Shown here: positions 59,041-64,000 of the stretch, one piece after another
How positions within the stretch are numbered: position 1 is the first letter of the stretch
Layout of the letters: each line of letters opens with the position of its first letter
DNA from: Vicinamibacteria bacterium
Lineage (GTDB): Bacteria; Acidobacteriota; Vicinamibacteria; Marinacidobacterales; Marinacidobacteraceae
Direction: 5' to 3'
DNA: 64,000 bases
Assembly (NCBI GenBank): GCA_963555995.3
Contig: OY821641.1
Location: forward strand, 2,336,001 to 2,400,000
Translations under genes and position numbers: made by a program
Notes under the pieces: generated by a model
Seen by the model: only the letters and a program-made list of their open reading frames with translations
What the model was told of the DNA's origin: nothing
The model's database searches: none

Positions 59041-59915
59041 TGCCGCCGCGGGGGTGGGAGGACGCCGTAGAGCGCGTTTTCCGGCGGCACGGCGCCGGCA
59101 GTCTCGACTCCGACCCCCTCCTGTTCCCCCGCCGCTTCCGGCGCGCCGACGACCGGGAGATCGCGGCGTTCTTCGCCGCGTCGCTCTCCTACGGGAACGC
59201 CCGCGCGGTGTGCTCCTCGCTCGAACGGATCTTCGCGTGGACCGGGCCGCATCCCGCGCGCTTCGTGCGGGAATTCGACCCGGGGCGGGATGCTGCGGCG
59301 CTGGGCGGCTTCCGGCACCGCTGGTCGAGCGCAGGAGATCTCGTCCGGCTCGCGGTCATGCTCCGCGGCATCCTCGAAGAACACGGGACGGTGGAAGCCC
59401 TGTTCGGCCGGGGCATCCTCCGCGAGTCCGGCGGACGGGTGGACCTTGCGGCGAGCATCGGGCGGTTCCGGCGGGCGGCCCTCGCGTACGACGAGGCGCC
59501 AGCGGTGATCAAAGATGTCTCCCGGCCCGGTCCCCGCTACTTCTTCCCGGACCCGCGCACCTCGGCCGCGAAGCGCACCACCATGTTCCTGCGCTGGGTC
59601 GTCCGGCCGGACGACGGACTGGACCTGGGGCTCTGGGACTGCCTCCAGTCGCGCGACCTGGTGGCGCCGCTCGACACCCACATGTTCCTGATCGCGCGGC
59701 GATTGCGTCTGACCCGCCGGAAGACGCCGGCGTGGCGGGCGGCGCTCGACCTGACGCGGGGACTCCGGCGGCTGGACCCGGAAGACCCGGTGAAGTACGA
59801 CTTCGCGCTCAGCCGGTTGGGGATCGTGGAGGGGTGCCCGCGGCACCGGCGGAGCGAGCCGTGCGAGCTGTGTGGGTTGTTGGGGAGGCTGCACTCCCGG
59901 CCGGGCACGCCATGA
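59040..59915 (+). CDS. TIGR02757/DUF2400 family protein
   Basis: DPL.FP.RF, DREIAA, SYG, SAAKR..MFLRWVVR, PLDTH, DPEDPVKYDFAL. Confidence 0.82.
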   Translation: MPPRGWEDAVERVFRRHGAGSLDSDPLLFPRRFRRADDREIAAFFAASLSYGNARAVCSSLERIFAWTGPHPARFVREFDPGRDAAALGGFRHRWSSAGDLVRLAVMLRGILEEHGTVEALFGRGILRESGGRVDLAASIGRFRRAALAYDEAPAVIKDVSRPGPRYFFPDPRTSAAKRTTMFLRWVVRPDDGLDLGLWDCLQSRDLVAPLDTHMFLIARRLRLTRRKTPAWRAALDLTRGLRRLDPEDPVKYDFALSRLGIVEGCPRHRRSEPCELCGLLGRLHSRPGTP

Positions 59916-59930
59916 GGGCGCGTGGGGTTA

Positions 59931-59983
59931 CGACGTGCGCGTCGCGGAGCGCCGCGCGTGCCGGTGTGAACACCGGCGCTCCC
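59931..59983 (-). repeat. REP-like composite hairpin repeat between convergent genes
   Basis: Reverse complement GGGAGCGCCGGTGTTCACACCGGCACGCG...GCGCACG. Confidence 0.7.
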
Positions 59984-59988
59984 CTCCC

Positions 59989-61545
59989 CTACCGGACCGT
60001 CACCCGGGAGCGTTCGGCGAGGGTGCCCTGGGCGCGCTCGACCGCGACGATGGCCTTGTTGTAGTCAATGATCGCCTGGAGTTCGTTGGCGCGGGCCTGG
60101 GCGAGGTCGCGCTGCGCCTGGACGATGAAGTAGCTGGTGGTCATCCCGACCTCGAACTTCTTCTGCTCGGCGTCGAGGCTCGCCTCCTGCAGCTCGCGGG
60201 CGACCCGGCTGGCGTCGATCCGCCGCCGGTTCGTCTCCACCTGGCGCACCGCGGTGCGGACCTCCTGAGCGATCAGGACCTCCTGCTGCCGGATGGTTTC
60301 GCGCTGCCGGGTGAGATCGGTCTGCGCCTGGGCGTGGTCCGCGTGCGCCTGGTTGGGACCGATGGGATACGAGAAGGAGAGTCCGAGTTGCCAGTCCCGA
60401 TAGTCGAGGCCGCCCAGTTGGGAGAGCGCGTCGCCGTAACCGCCCGGAATCGTGTCCACGGCGGGTCCGAAGAACCCCTCGCGCACGAGCTGGGTCCCGC
60501 CGACCCCGGTGAGTTGGACCAGCCCCACCAGGTCCACCGAAGGAAGCGTCTGGTTGCGGAAGTACCGCACGTCGTACTGGTTGGTGTCCAACTGGACGCG
60601 CTGGGAGCGCAGCTCGGGCCGGCGCTGGAGCGCTACCCGGATGGCGTCCTCCGTGTTGACGGCGTAGTCCTCATTCGACGGGGCATCAACGGGACGGATC
60701 TCCCCGTCCCAGAACCCGACCCCGTCGGGATCGCGGATCAGCGCCTTGAGCGCATCCTCGGTCTGGCGGATCTGCTCCTCCGCCAGGATCAGCTCTTCCT
60801 CGCGGGCCGCCGCCTCCGCCTGCGCCTGCAGCACGTCGATCGGCGCCATGGTCCCCACTTCCACCTGCACCTGGTTGTTGCGCAGCAGGTCCCGCGCCAG
60901 CTCGAGCGACTGCGTGGCGACCTCGTGGCTCCGGATGGCGAAGACGAGATCCCAGTAGGCGTTCTGGACGTCGCGCAGCACGTCCAGCACACTGGTCTCG
61001 AACTCGTGCCCCGCCTGCCGCTCGCCGTTCTGCGAAATCACGATCTGGCGCCGCTGCGGGTCGGCGCGGAAGTTCTGGAGCAGCGGTTGGGTGACCTGGG
61101 CATTCAGGGTGCTGCGGTAGCGCGGGTTGAAGGTGAAGAACTGGCTGTTGGTGGCCAGCCGGTTGTTGTTGAACTGGACCGAGTAGTTGGCGCCGAAGGG
61201 GAGTTGCTGCTCGAAACGCAGGTTGTAGTTCAGGTTGTCGCGCTCGTTCTGGGCGGCGCCGTCGAGCTGGCTCTCCGCCGGCGAAAGGCTTTCCAGGAAG
61301 TTGGTGTCCAGGACCATCTGCGGCGTGTACACCCGCCGGGCCGCCGAGAGCGCGAAGCCGGACGACTGCCGGGCCAACCGCGAAATCTGGACGCTCAGGT
61401 TGTTCTCGAGCGCCTGCTGGATGGCGTCTTCGAGGCTCAGCTCGAGGGGCGCCGGCTGGCCGGCAACGTCCTCCTCGGGAGAACCTGCGAAGGCCGTGCC
61501 CGGCAGGCCCAGCGAAAGGACAAGAATTGCGGTGGTGGTGCGCAT
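59989..61545 (-). CDS. TolC family outer membrane efflux protein
   Basis: Signal peptide, LSLEDAIQQALENN, TQPLL, VQNAYWDL, AEQKKFEVG. Confidence 0.88.
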   Translation of the reverse strand: MRTTTAILVLSLGLPGTAFAGSPEEDVAGQPAPLELSLEDAIQQALENNLSVQISRLARQSSGFALSAARRVYTPQMVLDTNFLESLSPAESQLDGAAQNERDNLNYNLRFEQQLPFGANYSVQFNNNRLATNSQFFTFNPRYRSTLNAQVTQPLLQNFRADPQRRQIVISQNGERQAGHEFETSVLDVLRDVQNAYWDLVFAIRSHEVATQSLELARDLLRNNQVQVEVGTMAPIDVLQAQAEAAAREEELILAEEQIRQTEDALKALIRDPDGVGFWDGEIRPVDAPSNEDYAVNTEDAIRVALQRRPELRSQRVQLDTNQYDVRYFRNQTLPSVDLVGLVQLTGVGGTQLVREGFFGPAVDTIPGGYGDALSQLGGLDYRDWQLGLSFSYPIGPNQAHADHAQAQTDLTRQRETIRQQEVLIAQEVRTAVRQVETNRRRIDASRVARELQEASLDAEQKKFEVGMTTSYFIVQAQRDLAQARANELQAIIDYNKAIVAVERAQGTLAERSRVTVR

Positions 61546-61689
61546 GAGGCGTCTCCTCGAGAAAGAACGGGGGAGCGGTCCGGCAGGGATCTCATCTACA
61601 AGACGCGCCCAGGCCGAATTTTCTACCGTCACTCCATGAATACGCACATCCCCCGCCCGGGGTTTCGCTCCTGACGTCGCGGAGGCATC

Positions 61690-62469
61690 ATGGGATCAAC
61701 GGTCCGCGTGCGTCTGGATCTCGCCTATGACGGGACCGACTTCGCCGGCTGGCAACGCCAGCCGGACCGCGACACCGTCCAGGGGCGGATCGAAGCAGCC
61801 GTCGGGCGGCTCTACCGCCAGGCCCCCGGGCAAGGGACGCCCGTGGTCGGCGCCGGGAGGACCGACGCCGGCGTTCACGCCGAAGGACAGGTGGCTCACT
61901 TCGATGCACCCGCCAGCATTCCGCCCGCCGGGATACGGGCGGGGCTGAACGCCCTGCTGCCTGACGCGATCCGGGTGCTCGCCGCCGCCGAAGCCGCGCC
62001 GGACTTCCACGCCCGATTCAGCGCGGCCGGCAAGACGTACCGCTATCACGTGCTCACGGAGGCGGTCGTTTCGCCCCTGCGGAGCCGCTACGCCTGGCCG
62101 GTGGGCGGCGGCCTCTCCCGGGAGGCCATGGAGGCGGGCGCCGCCGCTTTCGCGGGCCGCCACGACTTCCGCGCCTTCTTCAGCGCGCCCCCCGGGGAAG
62201 AGCCGGAGACGCCGGTCCGGAACGTCTTCACGGCGCGCTTTGTCGCGGCCGGCAGTGAACTGGTCTTCGAGGTCACGGCGGAGGGGTTCCTCCGTTACAT
62301 GGTTCGCCGGATGGTGGGGACCCTGGTGGCGATCGGGCGGGGACAGCTTCCGCCAGAACGGGTTGCGGAGATGCTTGGCGATCCCGAGGCGTCGGGTCCG
62401 AGATTCCGGGCGCCCGCGGCCGGACTCCGCCTCTACCGGGTCCACTACGGGACTCCCGCGCGCTGCTAA
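61690..62469 (+). CDS. truA: tRNA pseudouridine(38-40) synthase
   Basis: YDGTDFAGWQRQ, AGRTDAGVHA, FHARF, FLRYMVR. Confidence 0.93.
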   Translation: MGSTVRVRLDLAYDGTDFAGWQRQPDRDTVQGRIEAAVGRLYRQAPGQGTPVVGAGRTDAGVHAEGQVAHFDAPASIPPAGIRAGLNALLPDAIRVLAAAEAAPDFHARFSAAGKTYRYHVLTEAVVSPLRSRYAWPVGGGLSREAMEAGAAAFAGRHDFRAFFSAPPGEEPETPVRNVFTARFVAAGSELVFEVTAEGFLRYMVRRMVGTLVAIGRGQLPPERVAEMLGDPEASGPRFRAPAAGLRLYRVHYGTPARC

Positions 62470-62481
62470 ATTCGCGGGTTC

Positions 62482-63258
62482 GTGCCCGGGAGCTCCGTGA
62501 CCATAGACATCGCTCCCGAGGAGGGAACCGCCGAACTCCTCGCGCGGATCGATCGCACCCGGCTTCCGCTTCACGTCGCGGCCATCATGGACGGGAACGG
62601 GCGCTGGGCCGCCGCCCGCGGTCTCCCGAGGGTCGAGGGACACGCGGCCGGCGTGGAGTCGGTCCGGGACACCGTGGAAGGCGCCGCCAGCCTGGGACTG
62701 GGGGCTCTCACCATGTTCGCCTTCTCCATCGAGAACTGGAGCCGGCCCCCCGAGGAGGTCGAAGTGCTCATGGAGCTGGTCAAGCGCTACCTGCGGCTCG
62801 AGACCGAGAACCTGATCGCCAACGACATCCGCTTCCGGCCCATCGGACGACTGGGGGAACTGCCCGCCGATGTCCAGGCGATGCTGCAGGAGACCGCTGA
62901 CGCCACCGCGCACTGCCGGGGCCTCGGCCTCAACATCGCCCTCAACTATGGAGGCCGGGCGGAGATCGTGGACGCCGCCCGGCGCATCGCCGAACGTGCG
63001 GCGCGGGAAGGGAAGGCGCCCGAACTCGATGAGCACGTGTTCGGGGAATACCTGTACACCCGCGGACTTCCCGATCCCGACCTGCTGATCCGCACCAGCG
63101 GCGAGGAGCGGGTCTCCAACTTCCTCCTCTTCCAGAGCGCCTACACGGAGTTCTGGACCACGCCCACCTTCTGGCCGGAATTCCGGCGGCGGCACCTCTT
63201 CGAGGCCATCCTCGCCTACCAGCGCCGCAGCCGGCGGTACGGCGGAATCTCCGACTAG
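62482..63258 (+). CDS. uppS: Undecaprenyl diphosphate synthase
   Basis: HVAAIMDGNGRWA, FSIENWSRP, NYGGR, IRTSGE.R.SNFLL.Q, RRYG. Confidence 0.93.
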   Translation: MPGSSVTIDIAPEEGTAELLARIDRTRLPLHVAAIMDGNGRWAAARGLPRVEGHAAGVESVRDTVEGAASLGLGALTMFAFSIENWSRPPEEVEVLMELVKRYLRLETENLIANDIRFRPIGRLGELPADVQAMLQETADATAHCRGLGLNIALNYGGRAEIVDAARRIAERAAREGKAPELDEHVFGEYLYTRGLPDPDLLIRTSGEERVSNFLLFQSAYTEFWTTPTFWPEFRRRHLFEAILAYQRRSRRYGGISD

Positions 63259-63270
63259 CGGGCAGCCGGC

Positions 63271-64000
63271 GTGCGGCGGGTCATCAGTGCGGTGGTGGTC
63301 GCCGCGGGCACGCTGGCGCTCTGTCTGCTCGTGCCTCCCTGGGTCCGGCAACTCGCCATCCTGCTCGCGGCGGCCTACGCCTGCCGGGAGGCGATGCGGA
63401 TGGCGCGGGCGATCCAGGCGCCCGGGGACGGGTCCGAGGCTTCGGGCGGGAAGAAAGTGCCGCCGGCAGGCTTGGCCGCAACCGTGGTGCTGATGCTCCT
63501 GGTGGCCAGCTTCGGAGTCTCCAGCGGCCCGAGCGCGGCGCCGCTGGCGGCGATGTCACTCCTCGCGATCGCCGCGCTCGTCCTCCCGGCCACGCCGCGC
63601 ACGCTGGGCTGGCTCGGGGCCGCGGCGCTCGCCGCCCTGTGGATCGGTCTTCCCGCGGCGGCGCTCCTCGCCCTGACCTCCGGCGAGGATGGCGGACGGA
63701 TCCTGCTCTTCCTGCTCGCCACCGTGATGGTGGGAGAAGCCGGCGCTTTCTTCGGAGGCAAGCTCCTTGGCGGTCCCCGGCTCGCGCCCGCGCTGAGTCC
63801 CGGCAAGACGTGGGCGGGTTTCTTCGCCCAGTTGGCGTTCGGCGGCGCCGCCGGGGCGGTGGCGATCCCGCTCCTCTCCGCGGAACTCGGGCCGGGCGCC
63901 GGAGCGGCGCTCGGAGTCTGGATATCGGCGGCGGCCGCGCTCGGCGACCTGTTCGAGTCGTTCTGGAAGCGGGCCGCGGGCCGCAAGGACAGCGGCCGCA
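63271..64000 (+). CDS. cdsA: Phosphatidate cytidylyltransferase (3'-truncated by window edge)
   Basis: GTG 63271 opens VRRVISAVV...; LAPALSPGKTW, LGDLFESFWKR...KDSG; follows uppS. Confidence 0.9.
   Translation, partial: MRRVISAVVVAAGTLALCLLVPPWVRQLAILLAAAYACREAMRMARAIQAPGDGSEASGGKKVPPAGLAATVVLMLLVASFGVSSGPSAAPLAAMSLLAIAALVLPATPRTLGWLGAAALAALWIGLPAAALLALTSGEDGGRILLFLLATVMVGEAGAFFGGKLLGGPRLAPALSPGKTWAGFFAQLAFGGAAGAVAIPLLSAELGPGAGAALGVWISAAAALGDLFESFWKRAAGRKDSGR

Overview
A 64-kb window from a very GC-rich bacterial chromosome. Gene content and order suggest an Acidobacteriota-like organism, possibly an uncultured or host-associated lineage (inference only). Most of it is housekeeping: rnpB, two tRNA-Leu genes, selB, tig-clpP...clpX-engB-rho-rpmE-prfA-prmC, lspA-lgt-rluD-pyrR-pyrB-pyrC, truA-uppS-cdsA, rnr, pheA and phoB-phoR. 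Several accessory features stand out. (1) A four-gene exported module (di-haem DUF1592-type protein, DUF1552/HxxSHH protein, Cys-decorated ankyrin protein, small secreted protein) is inserted between clpP and clpX. (2) A Pho locus lacks pstSCAB, and 11-bp-periodic GTTCA boxes sit upstream of both the porin and a DUF1778/GNAT toxin-antitoxin block followed by a matrixin and a frameshifted lipoprotein. (3) A CTAG-bounded 187-bp MITE-like family (two full copies, one 69-bp mini copy) has ends that coincide with stop codons and -10 boxes. (4) A REP-like hairpin family has at least 8 copies; two copies bracket a decayed RHH antitoxin gene. (5) TANNNT -10 boxes are common 6-13 nt upstream of start codons, suggesting leaderless or short-leader expression. 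No CRISPR array, intact transposase or integrase was seen.
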